Both the position numbers and the translations under genes were made by a program. From positions 1 to 64,000 of the forward strand of contig NW_021832541.1 in the NCBI RefSeq assembly GCF_006345805.1: a stretch of DNA of 64,000 nucleotides, written 5' to 3'. The stretch comes from Octopus sinensis. Lineage: Eukaryota. This document shows, piece by piece, positions 39,511 through 52,570 of the stretch. The notes below the pieces were generated by a model. That model did not search any database. It was not told the origin of the DNA and was given only the letters and a program-made list of their open reading frames with translations. Each line of letters begins with the position of its first letter. Within the stretch, counting starts at the first letter, position 1.

Positions 39511-39888
39511 AAGTAGTAGAAGTAGTAGAAGTAGTAGTAGTAGTAGAAGTAGTGTAGTAGTAGTAGTAGTAGTAGTAGTAGAAGTAGTAGAAGTCGTAGA
39601 AGTAGTAAGTAGTTAAGTAGTAGTAGTTAGTAGTAGTAGTAGAAGTAGTAGAAGTAGTAGAAGTAGTAGTAGTAGTAGTAGTAGTCTAGTAGTAGTAGAA
39701 GTAGTAAGTAGTAGTAGTAGTAGAGTAGTAGTAGTAGTAGTAGTAGTAGTAAGTAGTATTAGTAGAAGTAAGTAAAGTAGTAGAAGTAGTGTAGTAGTAG
39801 AAGTAGTTTAGTATAGTAGTAGTAGAAGTAGTAGAATAGTAGTAGTAGTAGAAGTATAGTAGTAGTAGTAGTAGTAGTAGTAGAAGTA

Positions 39889-39937
<49 letters not shown>

Positions 39938-39969
39938 AAGTAGTAGAAGTAGTAGAAGTAGTAGTAGTA

Positions 39970-40008
<39 letters not shown>

Positions 40009-40056
40009 ATAGTAGAAGTAGTAGAAGTAGTAGAAGTAGTAGAAGTAGTAGTAGTA

Positions 40057-40099
<43 letters not shown>

Positions 40100-40113
40100 A
40101 AGTAGTAGAAGTA

Positions 40114-40150
<37 letters not shown>

Positions 40151-40182
40151 AAGTAGTAGAAGTAGTAGAAGTAGTAGTAGTA

Positions 40183-40222
<40 letters not shown>

Positions 40223-40254
40223 AAGTAGTAGAAGTAGTAGAAGTAGTAGTAGTA

Positions 40255-40288
<34 letters not shown>

Positions 40289-40393
40289 AAGTATAGACGT
40301 AGTAGTAGTAGTAGAAGTAGTAGAGTAGTAGTAGTAGTAGTAGTAGAAGTAGTAGAATAGTAGAAGTAGTAGAAGTATAGTAAGTAAGTAGAA

Positions 40394-40459
<66 letters not shown>
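38840..40459. repeat. Very long (TAG)n array with AAG interruptions
   Basis: Direct; includes a ~170-bp duplicated interruption (about 38905-39005 and 39070-39170). Confidence 0.95.
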
Positions 40460-40625
40460 CAACACTCAGCGGTTGCTCGACCTGCTAGAAATACGAGCCA
40501 AAACTCTCCCTCCACTCACATCCACACATTACTGAAGGACGCACGAGGCGAGGTAACCCTGGATACAACTGCAACTATTTCGATCATAAGCTGTGCTCAC
40601 TCATGGATGACCTGGGGCTAAACAC
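40460..40625 (+). mobile_element. Dispersed repeat D (ctgctagaaatagcagcc..gatcata..acctggggctaaacaacaac)
   Basis: Similar segments at 54285-54400, 55200-55645, 57820-58265 and inside 48328-48688. Confidence 0.55.
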
Positions 40626-40714
40626 ACACACACCCCACCCCCCCACCCATAAATTCCCTTCTACCATTGACACCCGCTACTATCGCTATTATACTGTCTT
40701 TACTGTTGCTACTG

Positions 40715-41182
40715 ACAACGACGACGACGACGACGATGATGATGATGAGATGATGATGATGATGATGATGAAGATAATGATGATGATGACGAAGATGATG
40801 ACGATGATGATGACGATGATGATGACGATGATGATGATGATGACGACGATGATTATGATGACGACTCCTACTACTACTACTACCACTACGATGATGATGA
40901 TGAAGATAATGATGATGATGATGAAGATGATGACTTTGATGATGACGATGATGATGATGATGATGACGATGATGATGATGATGATGATGATGACGACGAT
41001 GATTATGATGACGACTCCTACTACTACTACTACCACTACGATGATGATGATGATGTGATGACGATGATGATGATGATGATGACGATGATGATGATGATGA
41101 TGATGATGACGATGATGATGATGATGAAGATAATGATGATGATGATGAAGATGATGACGATGATGATGACGATGATGATGAC

Positions 41183-41214
<32 letters not shown>

Positions 41215-41260
41215 CGACGATGATTATGATGACGACTCCTACTACTACTACTACCACTAC

Positions 41261-41309
<49 letters not shown>

Positions 41310-41480
41310 GTGATGGTGATGATGATGATGATGATGATGATGATGGTGATGATAATGATGATGATGATGGTGATGATGATGACAATGATGATGATTGTGA
41401 GGATGACAACGACGACGATGATAATGACGACGACTCCTACTACTACTACTACGATGATGATGATGACGATGATAAAGATG
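40715..41480. repeat. (GAT)n field with a recurring gacgactcctactactactac module (4 copies)
   Basis: Modules at about 40860, 41010, 41230 and 41430. Confidence 0.9.
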
Positions 41481-41844
41481 ATATTTGACCTGTATTTCTG
41501 TCGGGGGGAAAATTCACGCAAAAATCAAAATGACTCAACAAATTACATTAGAGAGGAGTGGAGTGGGGGGAGGAAGGGGAAGAGGAGGAGGAGGAGGAGG
41601 AGGGTGGAATTTGTTGCTGTTGTTGTTGTTGTTGTTCTCGTTGTTGTACCTGCCGTCTTTGTCGTCGTCGTTGTTGTTGTTGTTGTTGTTGTTGTGGCAC
41701 GTAATTTGTAATGGGAATTCCTTTATGGAAGTATGACACTCCATCTTCTTCCCTTTCGCTTCTTGCCCCCCCCCCAACACATTCCAGAAAACTTGAACAC
41801 AATCGAACAACAACAACAAAAAAATACGGCTACAACAAATACTA

Positions 41845-41894
<50 letters not shown>

Positions 41895-42254
41895 TAATCA
41901 CATATATAATAATAAATAATATTCATAATAATAATAATAACAACAACAACAACAACACATAATAATAATAATAATAATAATAATAATAGTAATAATAATA
42001 ATAAATATGGGTCTCATTCTTTGTAAGTTCTTGTCCTAGAAATCTATATTCTGAAAGCCATTTTTCTTTTCTTTTTTTTTCTGTTTTATTTTTCACCCTG
42101 TTTATTACTTGGGCCAAGAATGAAAACCTGAGAGGGTCGGGAAGCTGTGTTGAACGATAGAAAACACTATATTATAATGCCCGCCCTAGGTTACCGGTTG
42201 TCGCTCGGCAGGTATTTGTTATCCAACCGATATCAAAGGAATGCTACTATCAAT

Positions 42255-42297
<43 letters not shown>

Positions 42298-42485
42298 ATA
42301 CTACTACTACAATAGTAATAATAAATACTAATAATATAATATAATAATAATATAATAATAATAATAATAAGATAAATAATAATAATGATATATAATAATA
42401 ATAATATAGTAATAATAAAAATAATAAAAATAATAATATAGTAATAATAATAATAATAATAATATAATATATAATAATATATAAT

Positions 42486-42575
<90 letters not shown>

Positions 42576-42651
42576 TTAATAATGATAATAATAATAATAA
42601 CAACAACAATAATAATAATAATAATAATAATAACAACAACAACAGCGATAA

Positions 42652-43350
42652 TAATTGGAACTGGAATTGTAATACCAGACGGGCAACGAATATAAGTACA
42701 TAGACATCCGAGAAAAGAGACCAAATTGAAGAGAAGGAAATGGAAAAGCTGTTATCGAAGGAATATAAAATGGCGGCTAAAAGTGGTGTGAAGAGAAGTC
42801 GAATGGTCGGAATAAGATACTGGCTGTCAACACACGGGCCGTTGCAGCTCTGTGGTATAACACTGGTGTGATAGAGTGGAGGAGTGATGGGCTTAAGGAG
42901 CTTGATAGAAAGACCAGGAGAATGGTGATGCTACGAAGGGATCTGCATGCCAAAAGGGACGTAGGCAGGCTGTATCTATCGCGACAGAGAAAGGGAAGAG
43001 ATCTCATTAGCTGTGAATTGTGTATGAAATCTGAGGAAAATAATCTGGCATGGTATGTGAAGAATTTAAAGGAGAGATTGATGGCAGGAGTAAGGGAGAT
43101 AAAAGTCCCCTAGCAATGGTGAAACAAAAGAAAAGGGAGAATTATAAACGAGATGGCTAGAATGACACCTTGAATAGAGGGAAAGAAAAAAAAAAGAAAA
43201 TATATGGTTGATTCTTGTGGGAAATACCTGATGCAGTTAACAAAGATAAGATCTGGCAATGGACATGGAAAAGCGACTTGAAAGTTGAAACTGGAGCCCT
43301 TAATTTCGCAGCCCAAGAACAGGCACTAAGGATGAGCTATATCAAGATCA
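42652..43350 (+). mobile_element. R4/Dong-clade (RLE) LINE fragment, post-RT region
   Basis: YKY..NKILAVNT.AV..IEWRSDGLKELDRKTRRMVML..LHAKRDVGRLYLSRQRKGRDLIS..AAQEQALRMSYIK; starts after (AAT)n. Confidence 0.82.
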
Positions 43351-43364
43351 GTATTCTTTTCTAC

Positions 43365-43495
43365 TCTAGGTACAAGGCCCGAAATTTTTTTTGGGGTTGG
43401 GGGGGGGCGACTAGTCGATTAGATCGACTCCACTATGCAACTGGTACTTAATTTATCGACCCCGAAAGGATGAAAAGCAAAGTTGACCAAGGGCA
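43365..43495 (-). mobile_element. SINE C fragment
   Basis: actggtacttaatttatcgaccccgaaaggatgaaaagcaaagttgacc. Confidence 0.75.
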
Positions 43496-43534
43496 CAATA
43501 ATGATAATAATTGTAATAGTAGTAGTAGTAGTAG

Positions 43535-43566
<32 letters not shown>

Positions 43567-43725
43567 GCCTTTGCACAGCTTCTAACGCTGGAGATGTACT
43601 ACGGTGTCAGCTGTTCACTACTAGTGAACTAAGGTAACACCTCTTATTTTCGTGCACCTACCGGTGTATTCGAGCGATTCCAAGCAGTGCTGTTTTCTGC
43701 AAGTGTTCCACCCTTATTGCAGCCT
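43567..43725 (-). mobile_element. R4/Dong-clade LINE extreme 3' end with (CAA)n tail
   Basis: Minus strand IRVEHLQKTALLGIARIHR (compare LQK..LLGTARILR) plus 3' UTR. Confidence 0.65.
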
Positions 43726-43726
43726 T

Positions 43727-44272
43727 GAGTGAGAGATCAGTGCGTGCCATCAACGTGATACTGGGGTAAAATATACGAAGCCCAGTATACCCATCATGAC
43801 TACCCGTCTGATAAGGGTACACCAGGCACGTGCATCACAACCATATGTGCGCGACTTGGTGATCTCATATCAAAATAGATAGTGCATGACCTTGCAGGTG
43901 GAGCCCAGTTAGAATTTTCTTCTGGTCGAGTAACCCATCCCACTCCAAAGGTCCCTAAATAAGGATTGTTTAAGGATGTTGAACGAAACATCCATGTTTC
44001 CAGAGGTGATTTATTCAAACACCAAAGAATTCCTCTCAAAACACGGCTATGATGCTCCCCTACTACTTCTGCTCCTGATCAGAGATGCACATATCGTCAG
44101 CCACTAACGGACATGGTCAGTTGGTTAAGGTCAAACAACTGATAAGCAAATCTGTGGTATTGAGCAGAATATTTGCTGTAGCCCGTCTTTTATTCCAAGA
44201 CAAAACAATGTACATGATAACACTTCGAATCAGTTAAGATCAGAAGCCATGAGAGCCACTGTCTGGTATTGT

Positions 44273-44273
<1 letters not shown>
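43727..44273 (-). mobile_element. Repeat E copy fused to the R4/Dong 3' fragment
   Basis: Collinear with 7426-7975. Confidence 0.8.
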
Positions 44274-44304
<31 letters not shown>

Positions 44305-44305
44305 T

Positions 44306-44349
<44 letters not shown>

Positions 44350-45009
44350 CATCATCATCATCATCATCATCATTATTATTATCATCATCATCATCATTAT
44401 TATTATTAATATTATTGCCGATGTTACTGTTGTTGTTGTTGCTCTTGTCAATCTTGTCATCAAAATAATTCTCGTTTGTATTTAAAGTCACAGAATCTTC
44501 AATGTTTTCATTCTGTAACGTTACAACCTTGTTTTACAATCTTTCCGTCCACATTTACAGTCGCTCTTATTAATTTTAACTTTCGGCTTTTATTGTTTCT
44601 CGTGTGGCTGTCACAGATTTTATTCGATTTTTTCGTGTTTTGCGGAGGCGTGTCTTGTTGCATCCAAAAATGTCCTCCATGTTTTGTTTTTTTTCTTTGT
44701 TTTTTTTTGTTTCTTTTTTCTTGTATTTGTCTTGTTCCGTGTCGCAAAAAAAAAAGAAAAGAGAAATTTCGTTAATAAGAATACCTACGTCGCTTGCTCA
44801 TCTATTTTTGAATAAATGCCATTAAATTGATACACAAAAATGTCGTCCAATTTTTTTTATACAAGACACAAATAGGAATCCAGAGACGAGAATCGTGTAA
44901 AGCACATCTTACCACAGTAAAATACAACAACAACAACAACAACAATAATAATAATAATAATAATAATAATATTTTGGTGCTACTGCGACGACGACGACGA
45001 CGATGATGG

Positions 45010-45690
45010 TAAATATTGCCACTCAAGAAGAAGGCAGTAGGACAAATCTGAGAAAGGCAAAGCTCAACATCCGAGTCAGACACCAAATGTTGAACATGAA
45101 GGAAAGGCGACGAAAGTTTCAATCTTTTCTTTGAATGAGTGCAGTATACTAGCACAAAAAGAGTATAAGCGCAGGCACGACTGTATAGGCAAAAGAATGT
45201 ATTGAGTTGTTAGCCGAGTGTGTGGCATCGAAGCATTATAAAGGTGGTATGAACACGAACCAGAGTCTGTAGTGGAAGATGAGAATTACAGGATCTTATT
45301 AGACTTTTTCATGAAGAGTGACCAAACTACTGAAGCAAGACCAGATATGATTATAGAAGACAACATATTAATAGGCAAACAGTGCAAGATCATAGATTTT
45401 GCAATTCTTTTTGATAGCAGAGTTGAAACCAAGGAAATTGAAAAAAATTGAGAAATGGCCAGAGATCTGAGGAAACTGCGGAAGGCCAAAACAATTATCT
45501 CTATAGTAAATTGGTGCACTTGGCACAACACCTAAAATGCTATCTAAGAGTCTGAAAGAGATTGGAAGTGAAATTTGTACTTTTCGACTTGCAGAAAAGT
45601 ACCCTCCTGTATTCTGAAAAAAGCCCAAAAAAAGAGTCTTGGGATTTCAAGAGATTTGTTGCCACCAAATTTCAAGATGAATATCTATAA
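45010..45690 (+). mobile_element. R4/Dong-clade LINE fragment, CCHC and restriction-like endonuclease region
   Basis: ECSILAQKEYKRRHDCIG..WYEHEPESVVEDENYRIL.DF..EARPDMII..CKIIDFAI.FDSRVETKE..IGALGTTPK. Confidence 0.82.
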
Positions 45691-45694
45691 ATTA

Positions 45695-45859
45695 CCGTAC
45701 TTTAACGGGTATAAGGAACCCATTTTTGTCAAGAATTAGGTTAAAAAAATATGGGAGTTTCTTATACATGGATAGTATCCTAACCCCTTACAAAACCAGT
45801 TTTTTTCCAAATTTTAAGCCTCAAAAATTAGGAGGTTCCTTATACACATTAAAATACAG
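45695..45859. mobile_element. 165-bp Tc1/mariner-pogo-type MITE
   Basis: TIRs ccgtactttaacgggtataaggaacc / ctgtattttaatgtgtataaggaacc, TA on both sides. Confidence 0.75.
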
Positions 45860-45868
45860 TAAATTAGC

Positions 45869-45953
<85 letters not shown>

Positions 45954-45994
45954 TGATGATGATGATAATTATAATATAAAATAATAATAATAAT

Positions 45995-46701
45995 ATATTG
46001 AAAGATTTCAGGCAGAAATCATGCCTCCTCATTGATATGACAGTCCTAATCGATATAAACGTATCTGTCGAGACCTACCAAAAACTGAGCAAGTATAAAG
46101 ATCTTGAAATAGAAATTAGCAAAATGTGAAACCTGAAGACTAAAACAATACCTGTTGTCATAGGTGCCCTGGGAATGATAGCAAAAGGGGCTGATTGCTA
46201 CCTAGCTCAGATACCAGGAAACCCCAAAATGGCAGAAATTCAAAAGATAGTGTTCATGGAAATTTCCCATATCCTACGTAAAATACTATGTAATCTCAAG
46301 TTTTAAAACAAACACAAAATTTTCTTATGGTTTCTTAAACATTCTCTAGGACAACACTATGTACAAAACCAGACAAAAATGAATGAAAATGCCAAAATGA
46401 CAGAAATTCAAAAGATAGTGCTCATGGGAACTGCTCATATCCTACGCAAAATACATTCTATGTAATCTCAAGGTTTAAAACAAACATAATTTTCGGTTTA
46501 AAGAAAAAAAAAAAAAAAATTATTATTTAAAAAAGATTTTTTTTTAGACATTCATTAGTACAACACCAAAAACTCCCCCCCCCCCAAATATATGGCACAC
46601 TAGGCATAACAACAACATGAACTTCTAACCTGTTGTCTCTTGAGGTCTCTGGGTGAGACTTGGAGCCAACTTGTACAAATATAAAGCAAAAGTCAAACAT
46701 A

Positions 46702-46702
<1 letters not shown>
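45995..46702 (+). mobile_element. R4/Dong-clade LINE 3' end (second family) with internal duplication and 3' UTR, between (AAT)n runs
   Basis: CLLIDMTV.ID.NVS..QKLSKYKDLEIEISKM*NLKTKTIPVVIGALGMI..IQKIV..ILRKIL; end repeated at 46385-46480. Confidence 0.82.
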
Positions 46703-46772
<70 letters not shown>

Positions 46773-46784
46773 TAAGAAGAAGAA

Positions 46785-47103
46785 AAAGAAGGTAGGCGAA
46801 AAGAACCCTCTTAAGTACGAAATAGTCTGGCTATGGAAGATGAAGACGGTGAAGAGAGTGCCAATTATTGTTGGGTTCTTGGGAACTGTATCAGAAGGCA
46901 TCAAGAGGAATATAAGGGAAATTGGAATAGAGTGCCCAGTAGAACTGTTAAAAAAGGTTTGCCTCCTTGGAACGGCCAGAATAATCCGGAAAGTCTTAGA
47001 TAGCTAAAAAGAACGGATAGCATGGTACACTAGGATGGAGGTAGGTAAAGCGATACGCAAGCAAGACTCCAGGAGCTCCGACAAAACCTGTGATATGAAG
47101 GAA
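46785..47103 (+). mobile_element. R4/Dong-clade LINE 3' end (third family)
   Basis: LKYEIVWLWKMKTVKRVPIIVGFLGTVSEGIKRNIREIGIE..LLKKVCLLGTARIIRKVLDS*; after (AAT)n, before (ATG)n. Confidence 0.8.
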
Positions 47104-47446
47104 ATAATGATGATGATGATGATGATGATGACGATGGTGATGATGATGATGATGATGATGACGATGATGATGACGATGGTGATGATAATGACGGTGATGG
47201 GCATGATCATGATGACGAAAATGTTGGCGATGACGACGACGATGACGATGAAGGTGATGCAAGTCATGATGATGATGATGATGATGATGATGACGATGAT
47301 GATGGAGATGATGATGATGATGATGATAGTGATGATGATGATGAGGAGGAGGAGGAGGAGGATGATGATGATAGTGATGATGATGATGATGATGAAGGTG
47401 ATGCAAGTCATGATGATGATGATGATGATGATGGTGATGGTGATGG

Positions 47447-47497
<51 letters not shown>

Positions 47498-47580
47498 GAT
47501 GATGATGATGATGATGAAGGTGATGCAATTCATCATGATGATGATGACGATGATGATGATGATGATGGTGATGGTGATGG

Positions 47581-47616
<36 letters not shown>

Positions 47617-48124
47617 CGATGATGATGATGATGATGATGATGATGACGATGATGATGATGATGATAATGAACTGTAAGAGTTGTATGAACGGAAATGTTA
47701 ATGTCAATAGAGGGCTGTAATTTCTCTTGAAATGGTGACGGCATAAAATGGAGGTGGTGCTGGCGGGGGCGGTTGCGGCAGTGGTAATTGTGGTGGTGGT
47801 GGTGGTGGTGGTGGTGGCCAAGGAATATTATCAACTCCTCCACTTCCACTTCTGCTTCCGCCTTCCTCTCCCCCCTCCATTCTTAGCCTCTCTTCCTCTC
47901 TGCCCTACATTCCCATTGTACAATAGATATGAAGTATGTATGTACGCATATATATTATATATCTATATTATATATATATTATATATATATATATATTATA
48001 TAATATATAGATATTATAATATCTAATATATATATTATATATATATATATATATATATTATAATATATATATATATACATATATATATATAATATATATA
48101 TATATACATATATATATATATCCC

Positions 48125-48182
<58 letters not shown>

Positions 48183-48247
48183 GAGGGAGAGAGAGATGCA
48201 TACACATATGGGTTTATACATGTGCATATATATATGTATGTAATATA

Positions 48248-48327
<80 letters not shown>

Positions 48328-48688
48328 GCAATAATAATTCTCTAAAAGAGATATAGACAGCAACTGCTCGAAAATCTATATATGAATAACCTGCAGAGTG
48401 AATTTCGTCGAGGAAGCGGAAGCCTACCACACGCCGACGATAGGCAATACACCTTGAAACCATGGTCCGTGTGTGGTTTCCGCTTCATCGGGGAATTATC
48501 TCCCTTTGCAGGTTAAAGGACACCGTTGACGGTGTCAAGCCTATCTAGCGACGTCGATGTTCGCCTGGGGCTAAATGCAACAGTAACAACCCCACCACCA
48601 CCCTGCCTGTCCTAGCCATATTCAGATGGCTTTAGTCCCTTATGTTATCGAGCAGTTACTGTCTATCCTTTTAGAGAATTATTATTGC
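48328..48688. mobile_element. MITE-like element with ~45-bp terminal inverted repeats in (TA)n
   Basis: gcaataataattctctaaaa(ga)gatatagacagcaactgctcga versus the reverse complement at 48648-48688. Confidence 0.65.
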
Positions 48689-48702
48689 TATATATATATA
48701 TA

Positions 48703-48758
<56 letters not shown>

Positions 48759-49019
48759 ATATTATATATATATATTATATATATATATATATAATATATA
48801 TATTATATATATATATATATATATATTATATATGAACACATGCTCATACGTACATTTCTACTTTCACTATTGTGCATTGACAAAGCCAGTGGCAATTACA
48901 TCGACAGGCCGATTGATGAAGGAGAAAAAAGCAACTTAACAATTGTTGTTGTTGCTGCTGCTGCTGCTTCTGCTACTACTACTGCTGCTGCTTGTTGCTG
49001 TGCTTGTTGATATTACAGA

Positions 49020-49175
49020 ACGTAGGCAGATAAGCTCCTTGCGGTATTTAGTTTATAGAGATTTATGTTTATGTGGCCAAACCCCGTCGAGGCACCTTGG
49101 GTAAGTGCCTTCCACTGTAGCCTCGGGCCAAACAAATCCTCGGATTTGGTAAACAGAAACTGAGAAGAAACTTGT

Positions 49176-49206
<31 letters not shown>

Positions 49207-49855
49207 TGTTTTTATCCTTACCATTATTGTTTTTACGTTTTTGTATTCTTATTTGTGCTTTCCTTATTGTTTTCACGTATTTTTGTATTTGTATTCGTGT
49301 AACATCGTCCGTTTTTCCGTCCTTGTTTGTATTACATTCGAGGCTTTCTTCCAAGGAATCTAATGCGCTTGGCTTAGATTTCCCTTGGCGGGCTGCCCAG
49401 GTCGGAGCAATCTCAAAGATTAATCAGCCGAAATTGCGAAGATGATCCGTTCTGACTGAAGACTGAGGGCTTCGAATGTCCCCGTCCTGTGGTTCTTGGT
49501 CGTCTTCTAGTGTTTCACGTTCTTGTCCCAGTTTTATATATTTTTTTACTTTTTACATATATATATATATATTTATATCTATGTATACGTGTGCGGGGTG
49601 GGGTGTATTTATAGATGTGTCTATGCATGTACATATCTATATGTATGTGTCTTTACGTTTGTACCTGTTCATCTACCACCGCTTGACAGCCGGTGTAGGC
49701 TTGTTTACGTCCCCATAACTTTACGGTTCGGCAAATATTGCCGATTGAATAAATACAAGGCTTTAGAATAAAGGAACACTGGGGAGATAAGTTCGTCTAA
49801 ACTCTTTAAGGCGGTGCCCCAGCATGGTCGCAGCCCAATAAACAAATAAAGGTAT
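49020..49855 (+). mobile_element. Old SINE A split by a ~350-bp insertion (49206-49555) in its (TA)n
   Basis: 5' half gaggcaccttgggtaagtg..ttggtaaacagaaactg; 3' half gcttgacagccggtg..ggcggtgccccagcatgg. Confidence 0.7.
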
Positions 49856-50274
49856 AGGAGAGTACTGTAGTTCGCTTGAAGCATTGTATATTGTTTGCAA
49901 AGAATAAAATGTTGTGAATGACACAACAATGCACTATAATACAAACAATGGACTGTAAGAACTGTTGTGATTTAATCATCCATAGTCTGATATAATATTT
50001 CGGAATAAAAATTCCTTCTTCAGAGATCCCTAGGAATTTATGGAGTCGCTAAACATACCTCCCCCTACGTCGTTAATTAGTTCCAGGAAACACGATTTAA
50101 GTTGAATTAACTTGTCTCTAGGCGCGGCTAGACCGAATTTACTTGTCTCTAGGTTAAACCGATAATAAATATTCCCAGTTCTGTACTTAATTTATGAAGG
50201 CGTTTTCAATAAGACATGCTTAATAAAAGATATATTCTAAGCTTACAAACAAATAATTTTTATTTTTTAATACA

Positions 50275-50352
50275 GTACTTCTACTATAGCCTCGGGCCGA
50301 CCAAAGCTTTTTGAGTGGATTTGGTAGACGGAAACTGAAAGAGCCCGTCGTA

Positions 50353-50399
<47 letters not shown>

Positions 50400-50660
50400 G
50401 TGTGGGTGTGTGTGTGGTGTGTGTGTGTGTGTGTGTGGTGTGCGTGTATGTTTGTGTGTCTGTGTTTGTCCCCCTAGCATTGCTCACGACCGATGCTGGT
50501 GTGTTTATGTCCCCGTCACTTAGCGGTTCGGCAAAAGAGACCGATAGAATAAGTACTGGGCTTACAAAAGAATAAGTCCCGGGGTCGAGTTGCTCGATTA
50601 AAGGCGGTGCTGCAGCATGGCCGCAGTCAAATGACTGAAACAAGTAAAAGAGAGAAAGAG
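50275..50660 (+). mobile_element. SINE A, 5'-truncated
   Basis: Collinear with the family. Confidence 0.85.
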
Positions 50661-50880
50661 AGTGCAGTAAACAAAAGTAATCTAAATTTACGAATACAAT
50701 TCGGCGGTGTTTACCGTGCATCGCGGATGCTTTATTTATGAATGCGGTTTGCAATAAGACATGGTAAAATAAAAGCCTTTTTTTAAGCTTAAAAAACAAA
50801 TTCAGTAATTATTATTATTTTGCAATAGTAAAAAAAAAAAAAAAAAAAACGAGATTGTTTTAAATTTACCAATACTTACA

Positions 50881-51264
50881 TGGAAGCACTCCGTCGGTTC
50901 CGACGACGAGTGTTCCGGTTGATCCGAATCAACGGAACAGCCTGCTCGTGAAATAATGTAAGTGGCTGAGCTGAGCACTCACAGACACGTGTACCTTAAC
51001 GTAGTTCTCGGGGAATTCAGCGTGACACAGAGAGTGACAAGGCCGGCCCTTTGAAATACAGGTGCAACAGAAACAGGAAGAAAGAGTGAGAGAAAGTTGT
51101 GGTGAAAGAGTACAGCAGGGATCACCACCATCCCCTGCCGGAGCCTCGTGGAGCTTTTAGGTGTTTTCGGTCAATAAACACTCACAACGCCCGGTCTGGG
51201 AATCGAAACCGCGATCCTATGACCGCGAGTCCGCTGCCCTAACCACTGGGCCATTGCGCCTCCA
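50881..51264 (-). mobile_element. SINE B, tail type 2
   Basis: Reverse complement of 5763-6146; TSD ccaatacttaca at 50869-50880 and 51266-51277. Confidence 0.9.
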
Positions 51265-51279
51265 CCCAATACTTACATA

Positions 51280-51593
51280 CAATTTGGTCATTTCGTGATT
51301 TCATGATTTCGTTCACAAAGCTACACTACTTTATGGTGTGTTTCTTAACATTTACTGTACATATTTTAATATGATTTTATATGCTTTTATTCTTATTTAT
51401 AGTACAGTAACATGATTTGATGTGCTTTTAACGTTTTTCTAGTGATTTTACGATTCCAGTATTTGTGGCGGACAGACGTAAAGTCGAGTTAAATTACTAA
51501 ACTTGATTTCAATTTTTCCATATGCTACTTTTGAAAACCGACGTATAATCGAGAGCAACTTAAATCGACAAGACTTAAGCCGAGGTATGCCTG
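51280..51593. mobile_element. pogo/Tigger-like DNA transposon terminal remnant
   Basis: End reads caggcatacctcggcttaagtc on the minus strand next to TA; partner end not found. Confidence 0.45.
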
Positions 51594-51900
51594 TATATAT
51601 ACTCTTTTATTGCACAGCTGCATCCGAAATATATCCGAGATATATAGGCGCAGGAGTGGCTGTGTGATAAGTAGCTTGCTTACCGACCACATGGTTCCGG
51701 GTTCAATCCTACTGCGTGGCACCTTGGGCAAGTGTCTTCTACTAAAGCCTCCGACCGACCAAAGCCTTGTGAATGTGTTTGTTAAACGGAAACTGAAGGA
51801 AGCTCGTCGTATATATACATGTGTGTGCATGTGTGTGTATGTGTGTGTGTGTGTGTGTGTACTCCACTATACCGTTTGACAACCGGTGTTGGTGTGTTTA

Positions 51901-52281
51901 CGTCCTAATAACTTAGCGGTCCGGCAAAAGGCTCTATAGAAGTAGTAGTCTTTAAAAAAAAACAAAGGATTGGGGTCAATTCATTCGCTTAAAAAATTCT
52001 TCAAGCCGATGCTGCAGCATGGTCGCAGTTTAAAGGCTGAAACGAATAAAACTTACAAAAGATACATGTACGAGAGAAGAGGTCACAGCTGGAACGGCTT
52101 TGATCAAAGGAACTTCACGGCCACAGCTACTTCAATACAACCACAGTTGACCATTTCTAACCATTAATTAACCATTCCAACCTCAGTTCCAACTGCTATT
52201 ATTCCTGTTGTCTCTGGGACAGAGTTCCTTTAGACTATACAGGCTTGTAATGTTTAATGAATGTATTTAAGAGGGCTCTAG

Positions 52282-52322
<41 letters not shown>

Positions 52323-52519
52323 ATTACACTCTTTCTCTTTCTGCCTCTCCCTTCCTCTTTGTAATTCTCTCTCGCTCTCTCTTCCTCTTTCTACCTCTCT
52401 CTCTCACCCCATTACTCTCTTTCTCTTTTCATTTCGCTCCCACTATCTCCTATCTCTTTTATATTTTCCTCTCTCCATCCTGCTCTCTGTTCCTCCGACT
52501 CTGCCCCCCCCTCTCCCGC

Positions 52520-52570
<51 letters not shown>

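Noticed and set aside
39686-41711. Poly-Leu, poly-Met and poly-Ile ORFs
   Set aside because: Trinucleotide-repeat artefacts.
49450-49490. Hammerhead candidate CUGAAGA..GAAUGUC in the insert within SINE A
   Set aside because: No A15.1, no stem I pairing and a weak stem II.
50190-50765. atttatgaa..caataagacatg repeated on both sides of a SINE A as a TSD
   Set aside because: The copies lie 55-70 bp away from the SINE ends and are diverged.
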